Origin: Marsupella aquatica | Lineage: Eukaryota > Plantae > Marchantiophyta | NCBI GenBank assembly: GCA_973895155.1 | Contig: OZ316892.1 | Location: 9,156,283-9,220,282 of the forward strand | Direction: 5' to 3' | DNA length: 64,000 bases | Part shown: in pieces, positions 1 through 12,846 of the stretch | Numbering within the stretch: the stretch's first letter is position 1 | Layout: every line of letters starts with the position of its first letter | Position numbers and translations under genes: made by a program | Notes under the pieces: model-generated | Databases searched by the model: none | What the model saw: the letters and a program-made list of their open reading frames with translations, nothing else | Told to the model about the DNA's origin: nothing

Positions 1-3000
1 TGAAACACGCATTGACATAGCGGAGGGACATAAAAACTACATAAGCCAACTTACTGACCTTTTAAGGCCCACAATTTCAAGGGGAGGGACAAAGACAGCA
101 ATAACAGACGCAGAGACAAAGCTGTACTCTGTCAATTGAGTAGGCAAGTGGGTGGGTGAAGATCAACAACCAATGTAGCAGCGCAACCAGAGTAGCAACA
201 AAGAAGCAGGTTGCCCTCAGTCTCCTATTTTTCAAGCAGCTCGTGCTCGCGGTCAATCTCCTATTCTGCAAGCAGCTCACACTCGTCCCTCTTGTTCTGC
301 AAGCAGGTCATTCTTGTCGGCGATGGTGCAAGCTGTCCTCCTAAACTCTGACACTCAAAATGAAAAGACCAAGCACCTCCAATCTGTTTGATCCCTTCCG
401 CAAGCAGCCGAGCGGCAGACGATAATGTAGGGATCAAGAACCAAGTGCCAGGCGGACATTGCACAAAATGAGGACCGGGGACAGAGACAAAATCTACCGA
501 AATCTACCAAAATCTACTTCTTGGGGTCCAGCCCACGGATGGACATCATGCAAGGTGGTCAAAAATGGTAAGTGCAATTGTTGGAGAGCTGTACTCGCGA
601 TTACTAACGGTGCATCCACAAAACGCGTCATCAAGTTGTCAGTGCGGCCACAACAATTTTGACAGTCTCAGGATCACAGGTCCACAAACAAGTTGCAAAT
701 GAAGACACACAACGTCCAGGAGGGAAAGTCCGCAACACTAACCCTTTGTAAAGCCCCCGAGCTTACCTTCTAGCTGCCGACGCAAAGAGAAAACCTACTT
801 GGACACTGAAGCAACCCTAAACTCAAAGTCTCACTTTAGCGCAACAACTCCTGGATTGGATTCAGCTAGCTCAGGCTCAATGAAGCATGTCGCCTCGGGC
901 TCTCCGGATCCTCCCAAGGCAGCAAACAAGTTAGGGTCCACGGTCCTTGTACCTTCACCGCACCGTTGTGTCCTTCCCAATGCCTCCTCTGTAGTTGCGT
1001 CTTGTCTGCAACTCTACAGCTCCCCGTGTTGCTCTGCCGCACTTAGTTATATTCCAACGCCCGATCGTGACCAAAAAGAGTTTTCTCCTGCTGGACAGCA
1101 CTAGGCATTTGTTCAATCTCTTGATCACGCGTAAGCAGCTACAGGTATGAATCACTCAGTTGGCAGCTCAATACGCTTACAGCAAGAGGGCGCAATAGGT
1201 AGAAGCTCGCGCTACCTAGACCAGCACAAGGACAAAGCATTAACATTGAAACTGTACCATGGAGCTGGAGAAAACCACAGAGTAATTGAAGCCTAACAAT
1301 ACCCTTCTTAGCTCCCGACTCCAAACTCTCGGCTCCCAGTTTGCAAGAACAAGCACTATGAAAATATGGATTCCCACATTGACTGTGTCCGCAGAACAGA
1401 TGCAACCCGCATGCAACTTCACCAGCTCAACGGCAGCTTGACAACTGAAGGACCTCCCAATGAGCCTCACGGCCTCCCGATGCTCGTTATGGGTGCAGCA
1501 AAAGGGTCTATACCACAACTGTGACCGAGATTGTCACCCAAAACCTTGAAGAAACCCCAACCTCCGACTCCTCAAACTCTGACAAGCTCCTCACGAACGT
1601 TGCAGCAGCCACAACCTTCTTCGCCCTACCAGCCAAAAACTAAATGTCCCTAAAGGAGATCGAGCAGGAATGCAGGTCTATGAGTAGACTGCAAGCGCAA
1701 GGTTAGATCACTGCAACTGCCTGAACACTGCTCCTCGAGAGCATAAACAAGCACATAACGCGCGGGAAGTTCACTCTGCAATGGTCGCAAAAAGTGGGCA
1801 ACACTGAAAGGAAAACCCTACGTAAAACCCCGAACACTCCACCCCTCACGTTCTAAGTTCAATGACAATGGCGAAAACTCCAAAGAGACTCCCAAAGTGA
1901 AGTTTAGTGCCTGAAACCGAATTAGGGGAAGCCACTCAGCCTTACCGTTTGAGTGAGCCGTTGAGTGTCACCCAAAGTGGGACAAAGCTACAAAGTGTTA
2001 CTGCATGGCCAACTTAGGCAATGAATGGTCATATTTGCACATACATGGTCGGTAGTGACATTTTATTGCACGCCGTAATCAGGATTAAGGTTGCCCAACA
2101 TTATATCCGGTCCTAAAATGCAATATTCCCGGTGCAAGAATGTGACCTAGCTCTAATGTATGAAAAAGGACCGGTACAAATCTACCTTTGTGCATCTTGA
2201 CCTTTTATAGATGGATTTAGTAATGGCCAAGAATATCTTGACCATCCCTCCATGGTCCAACCTCCATGAACCCCACTTCATTAAACCCAAAACCTTTTTG
2301 GTCACAAATAAGGACATTTAATGAGTTATGCCCCTTGCTATCACCCTCTTTATAGATTTATTTTTTTGTTTGAAATTTTACATTTATTCCGCGTGAACCC
2401 CACGGATGGGGGAACCAGTAGGCCAAATGGCATCATAAAACCTCAACACCCAAAGGAGGCAATAACAAAGAGTTACTCAACCAGGGTCATCAGATCAGGC
2501 AAAGATTGCGAAGCCGTTCTTCTAGTGGTCCATGCAACAAGTAACAACTAGGGAATAAGCACTAGAAGGCGCAGTAGGTCAGCATAGTGTAAGTGTAAAG
2601 TGTCAAAGCATTGTCTAGTACTAAATTAATCCACCTGATTAGTAAGAAGGGGGTGTATACTGTAATGGGAAAAAGAAAAAAAAACCAAGGCGTGAGCAAG
2701 GGCCACCAAGAGTGGTGCAGCTATAAGCTATAGGGATTGAACACAATGCGGGGGGGCAGTGGCACTATGTATGAGGAAATCACGGGAGTATCGGTGTCAA
2801 ATGAGTCGACAAAACTCCCAGATAGCCACACAGTATAAATCAATCTCACAGAAGGCTGCCATCAATGGAGGAAACAATTTGACACGACCCACATCTGAGA
2901 GTGTGAATTCGCTCGATCTCCAGCAGTTCTTTGGCACTCGATAGACGTCGGTGCTTTCGGCTCAAAGATGAAGGAGAATTACCCCTCCTCAACATAGAGT

Positions 3001-3711
3001 GAACATTACCCATGATGTGCTAGACTATTCACCCTTCACAAAGTAGCAAGGTTACTTCTCATAGTCTTTTCTAGTCTTCAACAAAACTGGTGCAATGGGT
3101 GCGAGTCGTTTTAAGTATGGAAAAAGGACTTAGTGGGCATAGTCCTATAAGGTATGGTCTAAATTGCCCCGGTTTCTACTAGTGTCCCCCAATTTGGATT
3201 CCGACATTAGTCTCAAAACCTTCCACGTGAAAGGAGTCGTGAATGCATCATCACAATCAAACCCATACTTTCGACAATAAAGGAATCCAAAAATTAAATT
3301 TTCCCTAAAAATTAATCTTCAAGCAAATTACCTGTAGTAAAACCCTCGAGAAAGAACCCCATTGATATCACACTCAGTTGTTTCCTGGCTGCACATTCAA
3401 TGTTAAGATCACAATAATAGTTTTTGGCGTGAAGTCTAATTAGAGCCCACTTCCTTGTCTCGTGGTTCTCCACTGTCAAAACCATGTCCTTACCGTTACT
3501 CGTCACAATAGAAACAATAGGCCCTAGTAGGCTACACACTAGAGCATTGACTGATGGAGACCTCGCACTAGTACATTTTACCTCCTTTTTCCGATTCTCT
3601 CCACATCGGACGCCTTTGTAAAATAAAATTTGAAAAACCATATATCCGATACTACTAGCATCGCAACATGCCATTTTAATAGTATCGGATATCGACAATC
3701 GGACTTCTATC

Positions 3712-3914
3712 GGAAAGTCCGATGGTGGGAGAATGGGAAAGTCCGATGGTGGGAGAATGGGAAAGTCCGATGCTAGAAGAATGAGAAAGTCCAATGCTAG
3801 GAGAATGGGAAAGTCCGATGGTGAGAGAATGGGAAAGTCCGATGCTAGGAGAATGGGAAAGTCCGATGGTGAGAGAATGGGAAAGTCCGATGCTAGGAGA
3901 ATGGGAAAGTCCGA
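3712..3914 (+). repeat. 24-bp tandem array (~8.5 units, GGAAAGTCCGATGSTRGGAGAATG) in the left arm of the CACTA element
   Basis: Units read directly; they explain the spurious MGKSDARR and SDFPILL ORFs. Confidence 0.95.
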
Positions 3915-4429
3915 AGCAATCAAAATGGGATATGCATTTCAGCGGACGCGACATGCTCAGGTCACCCATCTCTTCCTTTAATTGGGTTTCTACTTTCATT
4001 TGGAACTATGAGCTAGGTGCCCATCTCCCTTGACATGTGAACTCTTCAAATTTTCTCAACTAATTGGTCACCCATCCCAATTGCTATTCCTCCAACATGA
4101 GCTTAACTTTGTGGTTCTTATTCCTTACATTGTACATGCAAGCTTAGCACTTTTGTTGTTTGACTTAGAGTGTTTGGGGATTTTATACACTTGTGAGTTT
4201 ACTAAGACCCATAATTTGGACCCATTCTTGATCCATTTTTCTCTATCATGAGATTAGATCTTTGCATCAAGTGACCTATTCTAGTTACCCTATTACATTC
4301 CCCTAGGAGAAACCAATAGAAATCTGGCAGGGGTCATTCATCAATAGTAAAGCCCTCCTTCATTAGATTTGATATGGGATAATTATGGCTTATTAGTTAT
4401 GGATGATATTTTGGTCCTTCCAAAGCCTC

Positions 4430-4710
4430 AGCGTCAATGGCTCCTGATTGTCTCATCTTTTATCAACTATGTTGTTGTTGGACTTGCAACAAAGACTACA
4501 TGGGACAAGCAACCTCCTTCTAGATGATGTATTTTGGACTTGGCATGTTGAGCACATATTTCCGTAAGGGAACAATATGTTGGGTCTTGGAATGAGGCAA
4601 AAACAACACTCAAGTCCATTTGCCTCAAGTATGAAGTTATTCATGCATGCAAGAATGATTGCATCTTTTGGGAAGAGTATGTCGGTGCAACCACATACCC
4701 CATCTAACAC
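4430..4710 (+). pseudogene. CACTA TnpD-type transposase N-terminal remnant
   Basis: Manual translation gives LSTMLLLDLQQRLHGTSN...GSWNEAKTTLKSICLKYEVIHACKNDCIFWEEY, matching the (K/V)IHACxNDC motif of En/Spm transposases; contains stops and frameshifts. Confidence 0.8.
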
Positions 4711-4761
4711 ATCAAAACTTTCCATTCTAACACAATCAAAAATTTTCTTTTTGTCATAACC

Positions 4762-4938
4762 AGACTTTCCCATACTCCCAGCATCGGACTTTCCCATTCT
4801 TCTAGCATCGGACTTTCTCATACTCCCAGCATCGGACTTTCCCATTCTTCCAGCATCGGACTTTCCCATTCTTCTAGCATCGGACTTTCCCATACTCCCA
4901 GCATCGGACTTTCCCATTCTCCCAACATCGGACTTTGC
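4762..4938 (-). repeat. Reverse-complement copy of the 24-bp array (~7.5 units) in the right arm of the CACTA element
   Basis: GCATCGGACTTTCCCATTCT units are the reverse complement of the 3712-3914 array. Confidence 0.95.
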
Positions 4939-5488
4939 CATGTTAGCACAATCGGATATAATATCCGTTATTATTAACTACGAAAAGTTTCCGATCAATA
5001 TTGTAACGCACATCATTTTCGTTACAAAAAACATCGGACATATCAATCAAAGTTTCTGTTGAGGGATCCGATGTGTTTTCTAACGGATATGATCCATTTT
5101 TTAACGCATCGAAAAGGTTCCATTGTCAATTATATCGGAAATGAAGATATCCGAAGCCGAGAGTATGGCATATTGCCATTTTTTGATAATCGGAATTTCT
5201 GATGCTAAAAGAATCGGACGCCGATTGTTCGCAAAAATTGAGCATCGGAAATCAGCTTAATATGTACTAGTGTCGTCTTCACACAAATAATAGTTCCTTC
5301 CATGTCTTCATTTTTAGCAAGCTCAATGGCCCAACAGAATCCAAATTGACCTTGTCCAGGGCAGGAAACCTCAATTGCATGTTCATCTTCGACTACTAAA
5401 TTAGGCAATCCCAATTTTGCACCTGGTACAGCCAAAATGGAGCAATTGTCAGAAACATATACCACAAAATCAAGAAACAAATAGGAGG

Positions 5489-8400
5489 CTCGAGATGATC
5501 TCGATCTTCCTTCATTTTTAGGACAGCTGAGTCAACGGTTTTATGCACTGTAGTCTGACATGTTCCATTGCCACATCTCATCCGGGGAATTTAAAAAGAG
5601 ATTTCAACCCCAAGAAATTTAAAAAGATAACAAAATAGTCAAGAACCACAAGAGGCTCAAGATGATCTCGAGCCACCATCTGTTTAAAAGAAAAAGACAA
5701 TGGCTCGGGACGATCTTGATTCTCAGATATATCAATTGAGGTTTTATTCCATTGCATATCATAAATCAGTCAAATACCAACAACATTTTCAAGAATGATC
5801 CAATGTCACCTATTCGACCACATTCAAAACCCTCTAACTCAGTGGTTTGTCATCTTCACAAACGAGTTGGAGGACTAAGAAAGTGGTCCAAAAGGCAAGC
5901 TTGGATCACATTGGATAGGATATTAGTAATTGAAGTATACGACATGGAGTCCTTCCAACTAGAAGAAATTGGCCAAGGGATACAAATGAACATAATGGAA
6001 GATGGTGATGAATATATTTGGCTCGAGACGATCTCGAGCCTAACATCTAAAACGAGTGATCCGAATATCATATTCAACAATGAACATCATATTCAATCAA
6101 TGATTAAAATCCACTTTCTCCATTGACTTCTGATACCCACAAACCTGTTCGGATGTCAATGATGAGAACGAGTTGGAGGGTAGAGAAGTCCCTGGAGGAA
6201 GGAAATTTTAGATATTTTGGATATGATGTTCACTTTTGAAGGATAAGAGTTTCCAGCTTGAAGAAAATAATCTGACTAGGTAACATGCAAGAAATGCATA
6301 TTGGCTCGAGACGATCTTGAGCCTCATGCCACTTCCCTGGGCCCTTAGTCTTAACTAATACGTGGAGGACATGCAAACGCTCGCAGGGTAGTTTTTATTC
6401 AATTTGAAGTAATAATTATAATTATTACCGGTAATAAGGGTACTTTTAATGGTAATAAGGGTACTTTTAATGGTAAAATGGAAATAACAAGGGGTAAACA
6501 TGAAAAGGGCCCGATCGCAGGGGGGTCCACTTCTTTTACATAGAGTGAGGGCCCAGGGTGCCACTTACATCGAATGCAAAATCAATTGATACCACAAACT
6601 TTGAAGCAAAGTAATGCAGAAAACATCAATAGGCTCGAGATGATCTCGAGCCTCAACTGCATCCAAGGAATCCAGAAACAAGTGGACCAATTGAAGCTCG
6701 AGATGATCTCGAGTTAAACCTGAACAATGAACAAAGATGATGAATTATGTTTAATGGTGCGATGGATCTGATGCGCTGAATCTAGATGGGTCTGAAGCCG
6801 GGTCTGAAGCTCATCCCCAACGGTTTCAAGGTTGTACTCAGCGAAGTCCTCCTTGGAGAAATCTACAATAGTCGACATCGCTGGTGAAGAGAGGAACATA
6901 CTACCGGCTGAGAACTTACAAACAAATCTCGAGCCTAAACACAAAATCTCGACCCTATAAAATCTCGAGGCAAAAAAATAATCTCGACCCTCTAATATCT
7001 CGAGGCAAATACAAGGATCTCGAGGCAAGAGCACAAAAAAATCTAGAGGCAAGAGGATGCAAGGAGGCAAGGGAGGCGAGGAGGCGAATGTGCAAATGGG
7101 GAGTTCAAACCCCCTGAAGCCACTATAAGCCCCTCGGGGGTCGGCCTTGAGGGCCGTGCCAAGCGTGCCATGGGCTTGTGCAGGCTCAGGCAAGTTGCCA
7201 CGCAACCAGTTGGGTGCGTACAGTCATTATTACGGTCACACGTGTTGTCATTATTGTTATCCGTACTTCAGCCCTGCCGCAAGTTTAGCCCTGCCACAAG
7301 TTCAACCAAGCCATCTAATTGGCCTTTTTGTCAATCAGGATTTTATATATTGCTTTGCTTTGCTCTGTAGCGGGTCATTCTTCTCATTTTGTTTCACTGC
7401 TCGCTCGTTGCTCCCTCTGCCTCTCTCTGCTCTCTCTCTCTCTCCCTCTCCCTCTCCCTCTCTTTGGCTCTAGATCTGTGCTCTGATCTCTTTCTATCAT
7501 TCTTTTTAAAGGTTGTGGACTCTGCGTTTGTGTTTAGGATATGTTGAGACATTATCATTTTAAGCTCTGAAGGAGGTCTAAAATAATTGAGCTCCTATCT
7601 TTTAGAAAACCAAACCTTTTCAACTTATACTAATGTCAGTCAAAATCCATTTGGAAGCCTTTGAATCCCTCTATTTGAAGGCCTTTTAGAAGCTATTTCT
7701 TAGTGTCTAGAAGTAAACTGGGAGCCTACTTTCTTAATTGCACCAAATCATACCTCTAGATCATCTAGAGCCATTTATATGTTCTTATTTTGGGTGGCTT
7801 ATTATTCATAATAGTATCTTTGTCAAATACAATGTCCTTTTTGGCTCAAGATCATCTCGAGTATGAAGTTGATCCTCAAAAATATTAACTTTTGCCTTCT
7901 AGCTAATCGTGCATTCGGTTGTCCTTCTTCTAATTGGGTTTGTAGATAGGCAGAGGTATAGAATCTGAATTCGCTATTCATTGAGATTAATATTTCATAT
8001 TCTACCTCGAGATCATCTTGAGCTAAATACTTCTGAATCTTTACATAAGGGTGTTTTTGGTCCCTTTTCTACCTCGAGATCGTCTCGAGGTAGAAGAGTT
8101 TCTTATTTGCTCTATCACACAGTTTTGTGGGATAAACTTCAATCTACACTTGGGTTTTTTGGTTTTTTTTGTAGTCACTTTACCTCGAGATCATCTCGAG
8201 GTAACTACATCCAATGGTTTGGACCACATTTTCAAAATGGGGATTTTCTTTCGAGGGGATGAGGTTTGCCTCATAATCGACGGAGTGGAAGTTGCTTGCG
8301 GGACCGTCCTCAAGGTTGACTCGGGTGAATCAGTGCGTAATGTTGATTTGGGAAGTAATCGTATTGGAGTTCTCATTGAGAAGTGCTATGAGGGATCACG

Positions 8401-9237
8401 AGAAATTCCTTACCCTTTGCCGCCAATCAGGACCCTGTTTGATGCTATCAACTCCTGCATTATTTGGGATGCCTCTTTTGCATATTTGAAGTCACAGTCA
8501 ACTCCAGCGACAACACAAATGGATGCCTCTTGTTCTACAAAGGATACGGTTCCCGGTTTTGTACTACACAAATCTTCGGTGGGAAGTTTGGGAGACTCGA
8601 TTATATCTGGCGATGAAGTCGAGCTCTGGATCGACAATCAGATTGTGGCTTGTGGATTTGTATTCAAGACCAATCCCGATGAGACCTGTCACAATGAACG
8701 ACTTGGCACTTCTAGGATTAGTGTGAAAATATGTGAAGTTTTTCAAGGAAGGGAGAGGTTACCCTTTCCTCACGCTTGAGCCGATACCGTTCAGGAAGCA
8801 TTGGACACTTTTGTATTATGGAATTTAAAGGATGTTACTCAAAGGAGTTCTTCCCAAGATGTACTAAACGACCTGTCCACACGAGATGTTTTGGGAAATT
8901 ATAATTTCAAGGATTATAGTTTGCGTTCTAATTGGATGACCGAGGAGGTGGAATTGTATGCTGAGGATAATTGGACCAAAGTGGGGGTTGGCATCATCAC
9001 AGTTCCTTTCGAGTCAAGTGCAATTGATGATGAGGTTCTTGGGCCAGATCACGTTGGGGTTGCGGTCACACGCGTGATTGACCCTCTATTTTTCCCAAAT
9101 ATCTCCCCAGGAGTGCCTGGTCTTGTTAGGTGGGTCGTCCGTTCACTTCTGCTGATATCAAGGGGTATTTTTCTTTTGGATCTCATTGAAGAGGTTTCTC
9201 CAAAACCAATTATTGATGGTCAAGATCATCTAGAGGT
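5489..9237. repeat. Dispersed 17-bp palindrome CTCGAGAT(G/C)ATCTCGAG, ~13 full copies plus ~6 half-sites at 6926-7050
   Basis: Copies near 5489, 5656, 5705, 6023, 6305, 6634, 6698, 7755, 7846, 8006, 8073, 8184 and 9220. Confidence 0.9.
6335..6558. mobile_element. MITE with CCCTGGGCCCT TIRs and 8-bp TSD
   Basis: TSD TGCCACTT at 6327-6334 and 6559-6566; TIR CCCTGGGCCCT / AGGGCCCAGGG. Confidence 0.9.
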
Positions 9238-9692
9238 AGATATGAAAGGTGACACTGAGTTTTCAAAGCGGCCGTATAATTTCATCAAGAGAACGAAGGT
9301 TAACCCAGATGGAAAAAGGAAGAAGCACTTGTAGTCTCGGGCAATACTGAAAATCTCAGAGGAGGAAATTGACTCCATCCAAAGAGAAGGTTGTTGTAAG
9401 TTGAAGTGTTGCTTGAACATGCCGAGAAAAGACCTACAGGCGATAAGGAGGGAATACCATGGGATGTCAAGCGACAACAAAACCAGTCATATTCTCACTC
9501 TTTTTGGTTGTAGGGAGAAGGAAGTGGAGACAAAAGGATATTTTGTTGTAAGAAGTAGACTTGTTTGCAAGGGTGCATTTATTAAAATGCATGGATTCAG
9601 CACTGCCAAGTATTATGATTACAAAAATCAATATGAAGTAGGTTGCACGGTTGGATTCCATGGAAACAAGGGTTCACACAAGACACGGGGAA

Positions 9693-9704
9693 GCTATGAT
9701 ACCA
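9693..9704 (-). promoter_or_regulatory. Primer-binding site (tRNA-iMet type)
   Basis: GCTATGATACCA is the reverse complement of TGGTATCATAGC and abuts the LTR's CA end. Confidence 0.7.
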
Positions 9705-12700
9705 TGGTAATAAATAAGGAAATTATAAAGTACAAAAATTTAAAAATTTTCAACTTTTAGTGGTTAACGGAGTATACTTTGACCGGAAAAGACCATAACA
9801 AACTACTTTGCAGTATCAAATTTCAAAATATCCGGATAGCACCTTTTTTTGGAACTCTTAAGTAACGACACCGTTGAGCCATGCGAGTAGGCGTGGGAGA
9901 ATGAATATTAAAACCATAAGTGTGACGTCCGACCGGAGACCGGAAGTTGGCAACCGAGGTCTTAAGACCACGCCAGACCGAGCATTCCTCACACCACCGA
10001 ACTGCTGTAGAAATCTTTTGCGAGGAATCATAGGAGAGATTAGAGCCGGACGAGGCTGCCGTTTTGAGGCAATAGTTGAAAGGAAGTTTGTTAGGGGGGA
10101 ATTGGGTGATCATTCGATTGGGAATTCCGGATTTTGAAAGGATTTTAATTTGGATTCTTTCTCTCCATCTCCTCATCATGGTGAAGAGAAAGGACCCGGA
10201 TTTTGCCCCGGACAAATCCGAAATCCGGACGCTACCAAAGCGGACGACCAAGGAGCAGACAGTCATTGTGAACGAAAAGCCATTGCGACCGGAAATTCCC
10301 ACGGATTCAGCAAGGAAGGACCGCTTGCAGGGGAACCTTGAGACCATGGGTTGTGCGAAGTTGATGGAGTTGCCATGGGGATACCAAAGTGCCATATTTG
10401 TGAAAGAGGTCCAGAATCGTACGACCCTTGTTTCGGAATTTTTGGATTCTATTCGAGCCAAACCGGAAAAGTGGACTGCGGCAGTTATCTCTTCACTCTT
10501 GGATGTGTCTTTGAAGGGAGAAGGCTTCCTGACCTCCAAGAATGCCTTTGCGGATAACTATTTTGATGGTGAAGTGGATCCGAAGGACGGTTGGAAGGTG
10601 TCCCAGTGCTGTAATGAGGAGTTTTACGATGTTCTATCCTTTTTGCTTCCACTTCTTTCCCCTGTCAAGCCTCGACGAGTTACAATCCGGATTGGAAATA
10701 CTATTGCTGCTTCTTACATAGGGGAGAAGAAGATTTCCTGGGCCAAAGTTTTGGAGGAAGTTATAGCCAACCAGGTCCGGAATCTTCATTTGAAGACCCC
10801 CACATTCCTTTCTTGCTATCTAGCTAATCTTTACGCGATGGACCGGATTCTTACAGATGAAGAAGCGGAGGAGTATGAGAATCAAGCCATGTTGGCCCAA
10901 CTCGGAGATCTGGTCGACAACCATCTGAAGGGACTGAGTCCGAAGAAGAACCGGTTGTGGAAGTGCGACCTCCCAGGACATAGAAGAAATTTGTGCAAAG
11001 TCCGGAACCGGATCCTGTTGATGTTCCGGAACCTGTCCGGAGACCGGAAAGTAGAGGAAGTCTTCGGGTGTGACCCCCAGTACGAAGTGGACGGCATCAG
11101 CAGAGTTGGAGCATGTCCAGATTTTCTTGGAGAGTGCGGCTGGAAAGACAAAACAACTTGAGGACCTTGTTGGGACGGTTGCTGAGATGCTCAACTGCAG
11201 CCCGGTTGTCATCGTTTCCACTCTGGACATGGTGATCAAGAGTCAAGCTAAGAAGCGGATCTGGGACTTGGAGGATCAGGCCTTCAAGGACAGACAGAAG
11301 ATTGACTCTTTGGTGGACCAGTTGGATGCTGCACATAAGAAGTTGGAGGAACACCTGAAGATCCGGAAACTACTGAATGCTGCAGTTACCAGTGTTCATG
11401 AAGCACTTCATGTACCAGTCCTGAGCTTGTTGGAAGCTAACCTGATAGATAACTATTTAGCGACAGCCAACCCAGGCACCCTTGTTAAGGTTATTGAGTG
11501 CAATAACCGCTTTGCCAAGAAGATTTCCGGAATATTTGAGCACATGGAGAAAGTGATTTCGGATGCGAAGTCCATGTTGACTCCTCCCCAAATCCGGATT
11601 CCAGAATCCGAAACGTCTCCGGTGTTGCAAGATGAAAATGAAGCAGGAGGCACCCCACCCGGATTTGAGAAGGTTGAGTTCCGTTTTCCGTCAGTGTCAC
11701 CTCCGACTATTAGTCCAACACGTGGAACACCTTTTGATTTGAAGGACTTGGAGGCTACTGCGAGTTTAGTTACATCTCCTCCTCTGAAACCTGCTAGTCC
11801 AGTTGATCTTACACATGAGTCAATTAGAGTAGATGTAGTTGATGATGCTCAGTAGATTAGTTGTTTTAGTTAGTTAGTTAGCATTTCCGGATCTGAATAG
11901 GACCTAAATCCAAATTTAGTAAGTAGAACCGGAAATCAAAATCCGGATTTTGCCTTACATCCATTTCTGGATTTTCCTTAATTTTCATTTCCGGATTTTG
12001 ATTGACAGTTAATTTTTCTTCCACGAAAACCGGAAATGACACTTTGTGACTTTTGGGATCCTTCCTAAGTTGTGTATCTTTGGAGGAACACAAATTCATT
12101 TTTCCTTAGTTCTCAATTTCTGTTGGAAGCATAGAAGCTCCTCCTCAAGTGCTCCTGTTGAGCCTTGACCTGTTGTGAGTAGAACTGCAGACTCCTTCTC
12201 CTGTTGAGAAGTTAATACTTAGAAATTTTACCATCATACTTTGAAGTTGGATTTTGATTTGAATTACTCATATGGATTCTAGGTAGCATTGAACTTCTAC
12301 TGTTCCAGTAGTCGAAATGGAATGTTTCCTTTCCCATGAGTAATTATCTAAATTTGATTGAGAAGGTTATCAATTTGACAATCTAGAAATCTTTGTGTGA
12401 GAAGATACCAATTCAAGCATTCTAGTACCGTCACATTTGTTGACCAGAAGAATTCTTGGTTTGATAGCTAGATCTCCATGTCAATTTCTAGTTAATGTTT
12501 GATGTCTATTCTAATTCGACCATGTTATGAGCTTTGTTGCGTTCTGAATCTTAAAAATCCAGAATCCTGTTGATTTGCTGGGGATCGTCATTTTCCATCA
12601 TCTTTTCTCATGAGTCAATTGATAAGATATTCTTACTAGTCCTTTTTCATGCCTTTCTTTAATTATTAGTTTTTATGCATTGATTACTATCAATCCTCAG

Positions 12701-12846
12701 GAGAGAGAACTCCTTGGTGAGGTTATGCCAAATCAACATCTTATTTGCTCTTTTTAGTACCAATTCGCTTTTCATTCACTCTTATAGGGAACGAATTCAG
12801 GTCTTTAGAGGTTAAAGTATTCTTTAACAGTCTGACCACTCTACCA
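9705..12846 (-). mobile_element. Long (3.1 kb) LTR of a retrotransposon with adjacent PBS, inserted in the transposase
   Basis: Termini TGGTA...TACCA; on the minus strand the end is followed directly by TGGTATCATAGC (9693-9704; one mismatch to the tRNA-iMet PBS); host reading frame lies on both sides. Confidence 0.72.
10178..11855 (+). pseudogene. Retrotransposon accessory ORF (~560 aa, one frameshift near 10930), antisense within the LTR
   Basis: ORFs 10076-11161 and 11070-11855. Motifs LPW...IRAKPEKWT...DPKDGW...LLPLLSPVKPRRVT..GNTI...W.KV...LSCYLANLY resemble a repeat-associated hypothetical protein family I recall from mosses and liverworts; the C-terminus is coiled-coil-like. Confidence 0.65.

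Larger units (their letters stand above)
3566..5272 (+). mobile_element. Non-autonomous CACTA (En/Spm) element
   Basis: TIR CACTAGTACAT at 3566 and ATGTACTAGTG ending at 5272; 3-bp TSD TCG (3563-3565 and 5273-5275); many subterminal ATCGGA/TCCGAT motifs; internal transposase remnant. Confidence 0.93.
3312..6905 (-). pseudogene. Decayed multi-exon gene of unknown function, divergent from the transposase; probably the element's second gene
   Basis: Coding-like segments at ~6720-6905 (MSTIVDFSKEDFAEYNLE...), ~5860-6270, 5273-5480 and 3312-3562. The last two rejoin in frame (IICVKT|RSPSVNAL) when the CACTA insert and one TSD are removed. Confidence 0.5.

Noticed and set aside
1-1990. Possible decayed retrotransposon gag or other ORF on the minus strand
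   Set aside because: Coding-like composition, but I could not verify any diagnostic motif, PBS or LTR boundary
3172-3184. GTTTCTACTAGTG, a CACTA-like right terminus
   Set aside because: No partner TIR or TSD found in the window, so the element cannot be delimited
3676-4941. Repetitive ORFs (MGKSDARR, SDFPILL, IGLSHSP) and a CRISPR-like appearance
   Set aside because: They are translations of 24-bp tandem arrays in a CACTA element; no unique spacers, no cas genes, eukaryotic context
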